64,000 nucleotides of DNA from Heptranchias perlo (taxonomy: Eukaryota), in contig NC_090355.1 in the NCBI RefSeq assembly GCF_035084215.1, forward strand, positions 21,638,001-21,702,000, given 5' to 3'. A model generated the notes under the pieces. The model was given only the letters and a program-made list of their open reading frames with translations. It was not told the origin of the DNA and searched no databases. A program made the position numbers and the translations under genes. Shown here in pieces: positions 13,301 through 25,280 of this stretch (its first letter is position 1; every line of letters begins with the position of its first letter).

Positions 13301-16300
13301 AGAGCGTGGAGACCGTATGCTTCAGCCCTGATTCGAGGCTGCTCGCGTCTGGAGGCTGGGACTATAAAGCAGTTCTGTGGGATTCAAAGGTTAGCTGTAG
13401 GCCTTTTAATTTAATTATATTTCCCATTATTGTTTTCTCCTGTCACCACACACACACAATGCTGTTCCTGTCCTGGCCCTATTGTTTACCTGCTCTCTTT
13501 GCACTAACCAGTAGCCATAATGCTGTCAATCAGGAATTAGGCCTTCTGCTTTTTTTCTAGATGATGGTGGCCTGATTGAACATTACTCTTCCATTTAAAT
13601 GTTACATTTTTCTTTAAAATTCAATCTTAAAATGCATGTTGAAAGAGTTAAAAAAAAAAGGTGGAGCTTTTCAACATTTTGGGTACTACTCAAAAGTCAT
13701 TGGAAATCAGGCAAAATTACAGCACATCAACCCAAAGCCTTTATTACACTAAATATTTCCCAGATCATCACTGCTGAAATAGCATTAATTTTACTACCTA
13801 ATAGTTACTTGTTTGATTATTAACACATGTGGCTGTTAAGTCCCAGACATGAAGCTGTTCACTACGTATGGTGAACATTAATAAAAAAAATACCAAACTA
13901 CCTTTGTGAATATAGCTTGTGCAAGTAACAGGATTTGCTGGAAAAAAATGTACTTGACTGAATGACACTATATGGTTTTAAGGATCTAATTAAGCCAGAT
14001 TCCAGCATGAATCATTTTACAGTGTTAGCCACAGCCAAATGGGGATGAGTGCTCACCACTTATGGAATAATATACAGTTTAACATGATAGCAATCACTAG
14101 CTGCTTTACAACACAAATGTAATGAAACCTTCTTGTTTGTGAGTTTCTGCAATGAATTTCAAATGTTTTAATTTGCCCAGTGAAAATGCTGAAAGGGCTA
14201 GTTATTTTCCCGAATTATAATTCTGCGATATATTTCATTACCAAAAGTGCAGTGATGATGGATCAGTTGCGTTTAGATGGTGAACAACTTTATTGGCTAG
14301 TGGGATGATTGGGATGCATAGAAACCAATTATTACATGTAACAGGTTCCAAGCTACTGAGAAATCAATACCGTAGATTTTCTGTTTGCCTGATAAACAGT
14401 GCATGCTGTCGCCCCATAGGATACACTCTACCAACACTAGGGCTCAAACACTTTGTAGGTCAGGAGAGCAATAGTGATAGGGGATTCAATAGTTGGGGGA
14501 ACAGAGAGGCGTTTCCGCGGCCGCAGTTGGGAGTCCAGGATGGTATGTTGCCTCCCTGGTGCTAGGGTCAAGGATGTCACTGAGCGGCTGCAGAACATTC
14601 TGTTCATATCTGTACCAACGAGATAGGTAGAAAGAGGGATGAGGTCCTGCAGGCAGATTTTAGGGAGCTAGGAAAGAAAATAATAAGTAGGACCTCAAAG
14701 GTAGTAATCTCCGGATTACTCCCGGTGCCACGCGCTAGTCAGTATAGAAATAGGATAGAGCAGATGAATACGTAACTGGAGAGATGGTTAAGGAGGGAGG
14801 AGTGGGACCTGCACAGAGCTGGGACTGATGTCCTCGCGGGGAGGTTCACTAGTGCTGTGGGGGAGGGTTTAAACTAATTTGGCAGGGGAATGGGCACCAG
14901 GCACCACTGGAAAGGAGAAACAAAGTGCACAAAGGATTGGGAGAGACAGATGGCACTAGAGTAAGAAATAGTAGGGCATTAGGTGGGATCAGACTAAGAG
15001 AGAAAACAAGAAGGTCTAAGATAGGTTTACAATGACTGTGTGTAAACGCACGAAGCGTGGTAAACGAGGTTGGTGAGCTGCAGGTGCAATTAGCCACATG
15101 GGAATATGATGTTGTGGCGATAATGGAGACCTGGCTCAAAAAAGGGCAGGGTTGTGTACTAAACATTCCTGGATACAAGGTGTTCAGGAAAGATAGGGAA
15201 GGAAAGAAAGGAGTGGGGGTGGTAGTATTGATTAAGGATAATATTGCAGTGCTGAAGAGAGAGGATGTCCTGGAGGGGTAAGGACGGAATCTATTTGGTT
15301 AGAGTTAAGAAACAATAGAGGTGCCATTGCACTACTGGTTGTATTCCATAGGCCACCAACTAGTGGGAAGGATATAGAGGAGCAGATTTGCAGGGAAATT
15401 ACAGAGTGGTGCAAGAGCCATAGAGTAGTGATAATGGGGGACTTCAACTATCCCAATATAGACTGGGATAGTAATAGTGTAAAGGGCAAAGAGGGGGAGG
15501 AATTTTTGAAGTGTGTTCAGGAGAACTTTCTTGACCAGTACATTTCCAGCCCAACGAGGAAGGAGGCAATGCTGGATCTGGTTCTGGGGAATAAGGTGGG
15601 CCGAGCGGAGCAAGTGTCAGTGGGGGAACATTTAGGGAACAGCGATCGTCGTATCATAAGGTTTAGATTAGCTAAGGAAAAGGACAAGGAGCACTCTAGA
15701 GTAAAAGTACTCAACTGGAGGAAGGTCGATTTCAGTGGGATGAGAACAGATCTGGTCCTGGTAAATTGGAATCAAAGATTGGCAGGCAAAACTGTAATTG
15801 AACAATGTGTGGTCTTTAAAAAGGAGATGGTTTGGGTACAATCTAGGTACATTCCCACGAGGGAGAACGGTGGGCAGCTAAAGCCAGAGCTCCCTGGATG
15901 ACAAAAGAGATAGAGAATGAGATGAAGCAGAAAAAGGGGGCGTATGACAGATGTCAGGTTGATAATACAAGTGAGAACCAGGCTGAATATAGAAAGTTCA
16001 GAGGGGAAGTGAAAAAGGAAATAAGAGGGGCAAAGAGAGAGTATGAGAATAGACTGGCGGCTAACATAAAAGGGAATCAAAAGTCTTCTATAGGCATGTA
16101 AATAGTAAACGGGTAGTAAGAGGAGAGGTGGGACCGATTAGGAGATCTACGCATGAGGCAGAGGGCATGGCTGAGGTACTAAATGAGTACTTTGCATCTG
16201 TGTTTACCAAGAAGATGATGCTGCCAAAGACACAGTAAAAGAAGAGTTAGTTGAGATACTGGATGGGCTAAAAAATGATAAAGAGGTACTAGAAAGGCTG

Positions 16301-19300
16301 GCTGTACTTAAAGTAGATAAGTCACCCGATCCAGATGAGGGAAGTAGGTGTCGAAATTGCGGAGGTACTGGCCATAATCTTCCAATCATCCTTAGATACG
16401 GGGGTGGTGCCAGAGGACTGGAGAACTGCAAATGTTACACCCTTGTTTTAAAAAAGGTGTAAAGATAAACCCAGCAATTACAGACCAGTCAGTTTAACCT
16501 CGGTGGTGGGGAAGCTTTTAGAAACGATAATCCGGGACAAAATTAACAGTCACTTGGACAAGTGTGGATTAATTAAGGAAAGCCAGCATTGATTTGTTAA
16601 AGGCAAATCGTGTTTAATTAACTTGGTGGAGTTTTTTGATGAGGTAACAGGGAGGGTTGATGAGGGCAATGTAGTTGATGTGGTGTATATGGACTTACAA
16701 AAGGCATCTGATAAAGTGCCGCATAATAGGCTTGTCATCAAAGTTGAATTCCATGGAGCTAAAGGGGCAGTGGCAGAATAGATAGGAAATTGGCTAAGTG
16801 ACTGGAAACAGAGTAGTGGTGAATGGAAGGAGGTATACAGTGGTGTTCCCCAGGGATCGGTACTGGGACCACTGCTTTTTTTGATATATATTAATGACTT
16901 GGACTTGGATGTACTGGGCACAATTTCAAAATTTGCAGAAGACACAAAACTTGAAATGTAGTGAAACAGTGAGGAGGATAGTGATCAACTTCAAGATGAC
17001 ATTGGCAGGCTGGTATAATGGGTGGACACATGGCAGATCAAATTTAACGCAGAGAAGTGCGAAGTGATACATTTTGGTAGGAAGAATGAGGAGAGGCAAT
17101 ATAAACTAAAGGGTACAATTCTAAAAGGGGTGCCGGAACAGAGAGATCTGGGGGTATATGTGCACAAATCGTTGAGTGGCAGGGCAGGTATAGAAAGCTG
17201 TTAAAAAAGCATACGGGATCCTGGGTTTTATAAATAGAGGCATAGAGTTATGATGAGGAAGTTATGATGAACCTTTATAAAACATTGGTTTGGCCACAAC
17301 TGGAGTATTGTGTCCAATTCTGGGCACCACACTTTAGGAAGGAGGTGGAGGCCTTAGAGAGGGTACAGAAGAGACTTACTAGAATGGTTCTAGTGAAGAG
17401 AGACTTCAGTTATGTGGATAGACTGGAGAAGCTGGGGTTGTTCTCCTTAGAGCAGAGAAGGTAGAGGGAGATTTGATAGCGGTATTCAAAATCATGAAGG
17501 TTGTAGGCAGAGTAGATAGAGAGAAACTGTTCCCACTGGTGGAAGGGTCAAGAACCAGAAGACATAGATTAAAGGTGATTGGCAAAAGAACCAAAGGTGA
17601 CATGAGGAAAAACTTTTTTACACAGCGAGTGGTTATGATCTGGAATGCACTGCCTGAGGGGGTGGTGGAGGCAGATTCAATCTTGGCTTTCAAAAGGGAA
17701 TTGGATGAGTACTTGAAGGGAAAAAATTTGCAGGGCTACCGGGAAAGGGCAGGGGAGTGGGACTAGCTGGACTGCTCTTGCAGAGAGCCGGTGCGGACAC
17801 GATGGGCCGAATGGCCTCCTTCCATCTTTCTATGATTCTAACGAGTATTTTGTTGATTCATTCCTTTGCTTTCACTCCCCATAAGATCCCTCTGCTCCAC
17901 GCAGTCTTTTCTGCAGGAAGGTGATTGGGTTTGAAACAGGGTGTCAGTGGAAGACAGCAATGAGGCCAGGCTTCTACGATTGATTAGAAGTAATAATGTG
18001 CCAACAATATTACTTTTACTGACTGATGGAGGGGAATATCACAGCTTCTGTGCATTGTAATGTAATGATTTATTTAGTCTCAAGATGTAGTATGATGTTG
18101 GTAAGAGTTGCTTAGATGAATAAAACCTATCCATTTTGTACAGTTAGGGGCACTAGTTTACTGTGACCAAATAAGTCAAAATTCTGACTTTATTACATGA
18201 AATCCTTGGACTTTTTCCTGGTGTTTTGGGATTTGAATTATGCAATTCCATCTATTTTCCTTTTAAAACCACAAGCCAATGGTGTTGATTATTGTATCAA
18301 TTCCGGGAGGACAGTGATGTTAAAAATTATAGTTATAGGCAATTTTAATTTGCTATTGTGACAGATGTATAAGACAGCCTAGATTCCATTTTATGTATGG
18401 GGCAGAAATACTTGTGGAGTCTGTTCTTTCACTGCTCCTGCACCAGTCACTCTAAGCTATTTCAAGTGATCTTTTTTCAACAGTTTGGCTACATCATGAA
18501 GTCTCTCCCTGGACATCGGAATGTCATCAAAACCAGTGCCTTTTCATTCAATGGAGAATATTTGGTAACCTCGTTTTCTTCATTGTTATACTTATACTGT
18601 ATAATTATACCCAGTGCACCTAGCATATTATATTTACTACTTACATTTATATAGCACCTTTTAACATTGAAGTCCCAAGGCATTTTAAATAGTGGGAGAG
18701 GGTGGGAAAAGATTAAAAATAGATAAAAAGGAATAAAGGAGTGGATGTTGAACCATGGTGCAGGATTTAGGAAAGGTATATAAAAGCTTGGTAAAACAGA
18801 TGGGTTCTGAGGTTTTTAAAGATTGAGAGAGAAATGGAGGTTTAAGTAGTGGACTTGAAGCTACTGGAAAAAATGAGCCAGCGTTCCCATTCTTGAATGT
18901 TCCCCAGTGGCCACAGCCAGAAAATGTGTGGATTTCAGATATGGACAGAATTGTGCTTGGCTGTAAAGCACCCCAACCTAAGTGCCTATCAACACTCACT
19001 GTCTGCTCACCCAAGAAGAATCGTTGAGGTACTGGATGGTGGGCACGCCTCAGGAACCACATTTAGGGCAGGGAACTGACAGGAGAAAAAAGCAAGTATA
19101 TTAAAATGTGAAAAAAGTTACAATTCAAACATTGAAATGTGAAAAGTACATTATATGGCACATCTGAAAGATTGAAAGGAAATATTTTTGATGAAACCAT
19201 TGAATCTCTTTGGTAGTAAATGTATTTATAAACTACCTGGATGCTAATCACAGCTGTTCTTGTAAAACCAGCCAGGCAATGTTTTTCAGTGCTGTATCTT

Positions 19301-21825
19301 AGAGATTCTTTCGAGTAAGCAGGTGTTCTTCTTGTACAGGCCACTGGATCCTGGGATTATACAGTAATTGTTTGGAATGTACAAAACGTGAAACGAAGAA
19401 AAACTTTGCAGGGTCACAAGGGCAATGTGAGCTGTGTTGCATTTTCTACAATTGGAATGCTGGTAAGCTGAATGGTGAAATGAAATAGAAACTGGGGATA
19501 TTAGAAATGACCAGGTTACATCCTCACTGGCTCAGTGGCTAAATCCAATGTGTGGTTCGGACCCACACAGATTAGGAAGGTCTCTGGTCTAAGCTAAACG
19601 ACTTGGATCTTGTAAGGAGTCTCACAACACCAGGTTATAGTCCAACAGCTTTATTTGAAATCACAAGCTTTCGGAGCTTTGCTCCTTCGTCAGGTGAAGT
19701 ACACTTCACCTGACGAAGGAGCAAAGCTCCGAAAACTTGTGATTTCAAATAAAGCTGTTGGACTATAACCTGGTGTTGTGAGACTCCTTACATTTGTCCA
19801 CCCCAGTCCGTCACCGGCTTCTCCACATCTTGGATCTTAGCTACGATGACAGTGGGGGCCTGACAATTGTCCTCTACTCTGCTGGGTTAGTGAAGGAAGG
19901 TAATCAATTTGGTTCCTACTTCTGATGACTTATGTTGGAAATTTGTGAAAACAAAGTGAAAACAGAATCGGTTATAATGGCCCATGGCTAAAAACCTGCC
20001 AACGCACTCCAGGCTTACAAATGAAAAATGGTCTATTGGGTAATGCACTGGAGTTACCGGTTTAACTAATTCACATTATATGAGTCAGTGCCTTCAGGAG
20101 GGGGAGATTAGAAAAACAAAATGCAAAATAGTGTAGAAAACTTGTCAACTATGGACTAACAAAATATTATTCATAACACCAATTCTGTCGAATGTACCTC
20201 TTCTGATTGTTTTATAGGCTTCGGGTTCCTGGGACAAGACCGTACGTGTATGGGATTCAAGGAATGGGATCCTGATCTTTGTCCTGGAGGAGCACACTGG
20301 CCAGCTGATGGCCCTCTCATTCTCTTCAGATGCAATTCTACTAGTGACAGCAGCAGAAGATGGAACGGTATTGTGTGAAGCTATTCATTTGAAATTGGAA
20401 TTCTTGTGTTCCATAGTCTGCATGCCTGACTCATTCTCATCTGTTCTCGTAGATTCGCGTGTGGGATTGTGAAGATGGAAAATGTAAGAAGATCCTTAAG
20501 GTAACACGACTCAGTCTTTAGTATATCTATTTGATATGATTATGAGCAGTTACACTACTTAGATATTCAAAGGTCAGTTTAACATGATTACAAATGCTTT
20601 TTTTGAACAACATTTTAAATGAGATCTGTATCTTAATTTAACATTATGACAGAATCACCAATACTTGGTAATTCTCATTCCCCCACCCCACCACCACCAA
20701 AAAAAGTTGAACCTTTAATCAGGAGATCTGTACAGAACAGATCTGTTTCTAGTTAATACCGAGGACTGTGACAAAATATAGGAAGACATTAATAAACTTG
20801 CAGAATGGGTGTGTAATTGGCAAATGAATTTCAATATAGATATGTGTGAGGTATTACATTTTGGTAGGAAGAATAAGGGGGCCACATACTGCTTGGATAA
20901 TAAGAGCTTAAATGGGGTAGGGGAGCAGAGGGATCTGGGGATACAGATACACAAATCACTAAAAGTAGCGACGCAGGTTAATAAGGCCATAAAAAAAGCA
21001 AACCAAGCACTGGGGTTCATTTCTAGAGGGATAGAATTGAAAAGCAGAGAAGCTATGTTAAACTTATATAGAACCTTGGTTAGACCACACTTGGAATACT
21101 GTGAACAGTTCTGGTCTCCATATTATGAAAAAGATATAGAGGCACTGGAGAAGGTGCAAAAAATATTTACTATGATGATACCAGAACTGAAAGGATATAC
21201 TTATCAGGAAAGGCTGAACAGGCTGCAGCTCTTTTCTCTAGAAAAGGCTGAGGGGTGACCTGATCAAGGTCTTTAAGATCATGAAAGGGTTTGATAGGAT
21301 AGACGTAGAGAAGATGTTTCCATTTGTGGGGGACTTCAGAACTATGGGCCATAAATATAAGATAGTCACTAATAAATCCAATAGGGAATTTAGGAGAAAC
21401 TTCTTTACCCAGAGAGTGGTTAGAATGTGGAACTCGCTACCTCAAGGAGTAATTGAGGCGATTAGCATAGATGCATTTAAGGGGAAGCTAGATGAACACA
21501 TGAGGGAGAAAGGAATAGAAAAATATCCTGATAGGGGTCGATGAAGTAGGGAGGGAGGAGGCTCGTGTGGAGCATAAACACGAGCATGGACCTGTTGGGC
21601 CGAATGGCCTGTTTCTGTGCTGCACATTCCACGTAATGCTATGTACTCTGATCTGACCAATGGACCTCCTTCTTTGCAGATTCTATTACCTTTTCTTTTT
21701 TTCCCTAGGGGATGTTGGACTTCATCTTTAGTTGCCAGTTTTCTCCTTCTAATACCCTTCTGACTGCAGGAACTTATGATTATAAACTGACAATAAAAAA
21801 AGGCACATTGAGTCTATCAACATAG
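1279..21825 (+). CDS. WDR38: WD repeat-containing protein 38, 9 coding exons, 307 aa; join(1279..1347,6833..6953,8915..9031,13292..13389,18484..18564,19340..19462,20218..20367,20453..20500,21709..21825)
   Basis: All introns are GT-AG with consistent phases, giving a 924-nt CDS. WD40 motifs ([66 protein letters not shown]) match recalled human WDR38. In-frame stop at 1249 precedes the ATG. Syntenic with RPL35/ARPC5L/GOLGA1. Confidence 0.92.
2898..3687. mobile_element. MITE-like non-autonomous DNA transposon
   Basis: Terminal inverted repeats GGGCCAGAATTTGCTGT / ACAGCAAATTATGGGCCC, no ORF; diverged relative at about 37450-38060. Confidence 0.7.
3690..4290. repeat. Degenerate (TA/CA)n-rich low-complexity array, continuing at 2690-2897
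   Basis: Recurring ACAGTAATA, TACACCATGT and CATATATAC units. Confidence 0.75.
4350..4880 (-). mobile_element. Degenerate CR1 3' fragment
   Basis: LEYYVQFW...ERVQK; GAATCATAGAA tail. Confidence 0.75.
5100..6250 (+). mobile_element. Degenerate Gypsy/Ty3 LTR retrotransposon pol (end of RNase H plus integrase)
   Basis: Frameshifted peptides [35 protein letters not shown] (zinc-binding), [20 protein letters not shown]. Confidence 0.85.
6833..6953 (+). CDS. WDR38: WDR38 coding exon 2 ([19 protein letters not shown]...NGHT)
   Basis: tttatgcAG acceptor, CAG|GTACG donor, WD40 repeat. Confidence 0.9.
8915..9031 (+). CDS. WDR38: WDR38 coding exon 3 ([27 protein letters not shown]...)
   Basis: ccaacAG acceptor, AAG|GTATG donor, WD40 repeat. 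Confidence 0.92.
10010..10715 (-). mobile_element. CR1 3' fragment
   Basis: [17 protein letters not shown]...YCVQFWA; GAATCATAGAA tail. Confidence 0.85.
11060..11540 (-). mobile_element. Old CR1 3' fragment
   Basis: RKHFFTQR and LEYCVQF-like remnants. Confidence 0.6.
13292..13389 (+). CDS. WDR38: WDR38 coding exon 4 ([33 protein letters not shown])
   Basis: ttcttAG acceptor, AAG|GTTAG donor. Confidence 0.92.
14455..17840 (+). mobile_element. CR1 LINE, long degenerate copy (ORF1 SGNH-esterase remnant, ORF2 APE endonuclease and RT, 3' tail)
   Basis: [52 protein letters not shown]; (TTCTATGA)-like tail; many stops and frameshifts. Confidence 0.92.
18484..18564 (+). CDS. WDR38: WDR38 coding exon 5 ([27 protein letters not shown])
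   Basis: ttttcaacAG acceptor, TTG|GTAAC donor. Confidence 0.88.
19340..19462 (+). CDS. WDR38: WDR38 coding exon 6 ([12 protein letters not shown]...[17 protein letters not shown])
   Basis: cttgtacAG acceptor, CTG|GTAAG donor. Confidence 0.92.
19520..20105 (+). mobile_element. Old SINE-like repeat interrupted by the palindromic Penelope element; related copy at about 57238-57480
   Basis: GGCTCAGTGG head; blocks shared with the 57.3 kb copy (GATCTYAGCT, ACAATTG, CTGGGTTAG, ATGAARAATGG, CCTTCAGGA). Confidence 0.55.
19611..19828. mobile_element. Non-autonomous Penelope-derived palindromic element with two hammerhead motifs (WDR38 intron 6)
   Basis: 90-bp arms at 19611-19700 and 19703-19792 (1 mismatch); tail CCCCAGTCC.TCACCGGC.TCTCCACAT shared with the 44.4-45.9 kb element; flanking direct repeat CTTGGATCTT at 19602-19611 and 19829-19838. 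Confidence 0.88.
20218..20367 (+). CDS. WDR38: WDR38 coding exon 7 ([13 protein letters not shown]...AAEDGT)
   Basis: ttttatAG acceptor, ACG|GTATT donor. Confidence 0.92.
20453..20500 (+). CDS. WDR38: WDR38 coding exon 8 ([16 protein letters not shown])
   Basis: ctcgtAG acceptor, AAG|GTAAC donor; preceded by an 85-nt intron. Confidence 0.9.
20748..21625 (+). mobile_element. CR1 LINE 3' fragment (WDR38 intron 8)
   Basis: [42 protein letters not shown]; very similar to 55325-56175. Confidence 0.9.
21709..21825 (+). CDS. WDR38: WDR38 last coding exon ([21 protein letters not shown]...ST*)
   Basis: Long polypyrimidine tract plus tAG; aligns with human GVLDVAHTCAFTPDG; TAG at 21823-21825. Confidence 0.85.
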   Translation, partial: GMLDFIFSCQFSPSNTLLTAGTYDYKLTIKKGTLSLST

Positions 21826-22259
21826 ATGATGTAACACGCACCCAACACCAAGAGGTTTCAAAAGGACACCTGATCCTTCTTAAAGAGTATTTTAATAGTT
21901 ACTCAAGCAAACCACTTTAATGTTAATTTAAGATGCAAAAATGTGTTATCAATATTAAAATATATTTTGTATGAAGTGATTCATAAAAGCCATACTACCT
22001 TGAGAGGGAGCAGTGTCACAACAGGACTTGGGTTTATATTCTAACCTCCCTACACTGGAAATGTGTGATTTCATCAGTGCTGCTGTGGAGATGTGCAGAG
22101 TGGAGGCCAGGTAAATTACAGAAATTATTTTGGGCACCTCTCACAAATGTAAAAAAAAATCTTGTTTATGGCACGCACTCCCTATTCACAATTCTTACCT
22201 CATGACTTATGGCCATACTTTCATGTCAACTTTTATGATGCAATTTTGTTTTTCCCAAT

Positions 22260-22650
22260 GTCTCACCTCTGAATCAGAAGGTTGTGGGTTCAACTCCCAC
22301 ATCAGAGAGTTGAGCCCATATTCTAGGCTGACACCTCAGTGCAATCTTTCGGCTGAGACGTTAAAACCCAGCCACCGTCTGCCCTCTCAGGTGGATGTAA
22401 AAGATCCCATAGCACTATTCGAAGAGCAGGGGGGAATTCTCCCCATGTCCTGGCCACTATTTATCCAACTAACATCACTAAAACAGATTATCTTGTCATT
22501 TATCTCACTGCTGTTTGTGGGATCTTGCTGAGCACAAATTGGCTGCCATGTTTCCCTACATTCCAAATGACTAGACTTCAAAATACTTTATCTGTAAAGC
22601 ACTTTGGAACCTCCTGAGGCCGTGAAAGACGCTATATAAATGCAAATTCT
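22260..22650 (+). mobile_element. tRNA-derived Deu-domain SINE (SacSINE/AmnSINE-like)
   Basis: B-box GGTTCAACTCC, central CTCAGGTGGATGTAAAAGATCCCA, L2-like tail GCTATATAAATGCAA; family name from recall. Confidence 0.7.
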
Positions 22651-22692
22651 TTTGGTTGCAAGCTTGGGCCATTAGGCGGCAACAAGTCTCCA

Positions 22693-25280
22693 CTTGTCCC
22701 AGACTCACCCATCACCATCCCTGGGTATGTCCTGTCCCAACGGCAGGACAGACCGACCAGAGGTGGCGGGACAGTGATATACAGTCAGGAGGGAGTGGCC
22801 CTGGAAGTCCTCAACATTTACCCTCGACCCCATGAAATCTCATGGCATCAGGTCAAACATGGGCAAGGAAACCTCCTGCTGATTACCACCTACCGCCCTC
22901 CCTCAGCTGATGAATCAGTCCTCCTCCATGTTGAACACCACTTGGAGGAAGCACTGAGGGTAGCAAGGGCACAGAATGTACTCTGGGTGGGGGACTTCAA
23001 TGTCCATCACCAAGAGTGGCTCGGTAGCACCACTACTGACCGAGCTGGCCGAGTCCTGAAGGACATAGCTGCCAGACTGGGCCTGCGGCAGGTGGTGGGC
23101 GAACCAACACGAGGGAAAAACTTACTTGACCTCGTCCTCACCAATCTACCTGTCGCAAATGCATCTGTCCATGACAGTATTGGTGGGAGTGACCACCGCA
23201 CAGTCCTCGTGGAGACGAAGTCCCGTCTTCGCACTGAGGATACCATCCAACATGTTGTGTGGCACTACCACCGTGCTAAATGGGATAGATTCAGAACTGA
23301 TCTAGCAGCTCAAAACTGGGCATCCATGAGGTGCTGTGGGCCATCAGCAGCAGAATTGTATTCCAGCATAATCTGTAACCTCATGGCCTGGCATATTCCT
23401 CACTCTACCATTACCAACAAGCCTGGGGATCAACCCTGGTTCAATGAGGAGTGTAGAAGAACATGCCAGGAGCAGCACCAGGCGTACCTAAAAATGAGGT
23501 GCCAACCTGGTGAAGCTACAACTCAAGACTACATGCGTGCTAAACAGTGGAAGCAACATGCTATAGACAGAGCGAAGCGATTCCACAACCAACGGATCAG
23601 ATCAAAGCTCTGCAGTCCTGCCACATCCAGTCGTGAATGATGGTGGACAATTAAACAACTAACGGGAGGAGGAGGCGGCTCTGTAAACATCCCCATCCTC
23701 AATGACAGCGGAGTCCAGCACGTGAGTGCAAAACACAAAGATGAAGCGTTTGCAGCCAGAAGTGCCGAGTGGATGATCCATCTCGGCCTCCCCCCCGATA
23801 TCCCCACCATCACAGAAGCCAGTCTTCAGCCAATTCGATTCACTCCACGTGCTGAAGACTTGTGCTCCAGAACTAGCTGCGCCTCTAGCCAAGCTGTTCC
23901 AGTACAGCTACAACATTGGCATCTACCCAACAATTTGGAAAATTATCCAGGTATGTCCTGTCCACAAAAAGCTGGACAAATCCAATCCGGCCAATTGCTG
24001 CCCCATCAGTCTACTCTCAATCATCAGTACTACCAAGCGGCACTTACTCACCGATGCTCAGTTTGGGTACTGCCAGGACCACTCGGCTCCAGACCTCATT
24101 ACAGCCTTGATCCAAACAGACAAAAGAGCTAAATTCCAGGTGAGGTGAGTGACTACCCTTGACATCAAGGCAGCATTTGACAGAGTGCGGCACCAAGGAG
24201 CCCTAGTAAAATTGAAGTCAATGGGAATCAGGGGGAAAACTCTCCAGTGGCTGGAGTCATATCTGGTACTGGTTGTTGAAGGTCAATCATCTCAGCCCCA
24301 GGACATTGCTGCAGGAGTTCCTCAGGGCAGTGTCGTAGGCCCAAACATCTTCAGCTGCTTCATCAATGACCTTCTCTCCATCATAAGGTCAGAAATGGGG
24401 ATGTTTGCTGATGATTGCAGTGTTCAGTTCCATTCGCAACCCCTCAAATAATGAAGCAGTCCGAGCCCGCATGCAGCAAGACCTGGACAACATCCAGGCT
24501 TGGGCTCATAAGTGGCAAGTAACATTCGCGCCAGACAAAGACCATCTCCAACAAGAGAGTCTAACCACCTCCCCTTGACATTCAACGGCATTACCATCGC
24601 CAAATCCCCCATCAACATCTTGGGGGTCACCATTGACCAGAAACTTAACTGGACCAGCCATATAAATACCCTGGCTACAAGAGCAAGTCAGAGGCTGGGT
24701 ATTCTGCAGCAAGTGACTCACCTCCTGACTCCCCAAAGCCTTTCCGCCATTTACAAGGCACAAGACAGGAATGTGATAGAATACTCTCCACTTGCCTGGA
24801 TGAATGTAGCTCCAACAACACTCAAGAAGCTCGACACCATCCAGGACAAAGCAGCCCGCTTGATTGGCACCCCATCCACCACCCTAAACATTCACTCCCT
24901 TCATCACCGGCACACCGTGGCTGCAGTGTACCATCCACAGGATGCACTGCAGCAACGCGCCAAGGCTTCTTCGACAGCACCTCCCAAACCTGCGACCTCT
25001 ACCACCTAGAAAGACAAGAGCAGCAGGCACATGGGAACACGACCACCTGCACGTTCCCCTCCAAGTCATACACCATCCCGACTTGGAAATATATCACCGT
25101 TCCTTCATCGTCGCTGGGTCAAAATCCTGGAACTCCCTAACAGCACTGAGAACCTTCACCACACGGATTGCAGCTGTTCAAGGAGACAGCTCACCACCAC
25201 CTTTTCAAAGGCAATTAGGGATGGGCAATAAATGCAGGCCTCGCCAGCGATGCCCACATCCCATGAACGAATAAAAAAAA
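22693..25280 (+). mobile_element. CR1/L2-superfamily LINE of a second family (APE endonuclease and RT remnants, A-rich tail)
   Basis: YRPP, VGDFNVHH, LDLVLTN, SDH, LDIKAAFDRV, GVPQGSVVGP, FADD; ends CCCACATCCCATGAACGAATAAAAAAA. Confidence 0.9.

Noticed and set aside
19611-19792. Pre-miRNA gene
   Set aside because: The near-perfect 90-bp stem, target duplication and homology to the Penelope repeat indicate a mobile-element origin.
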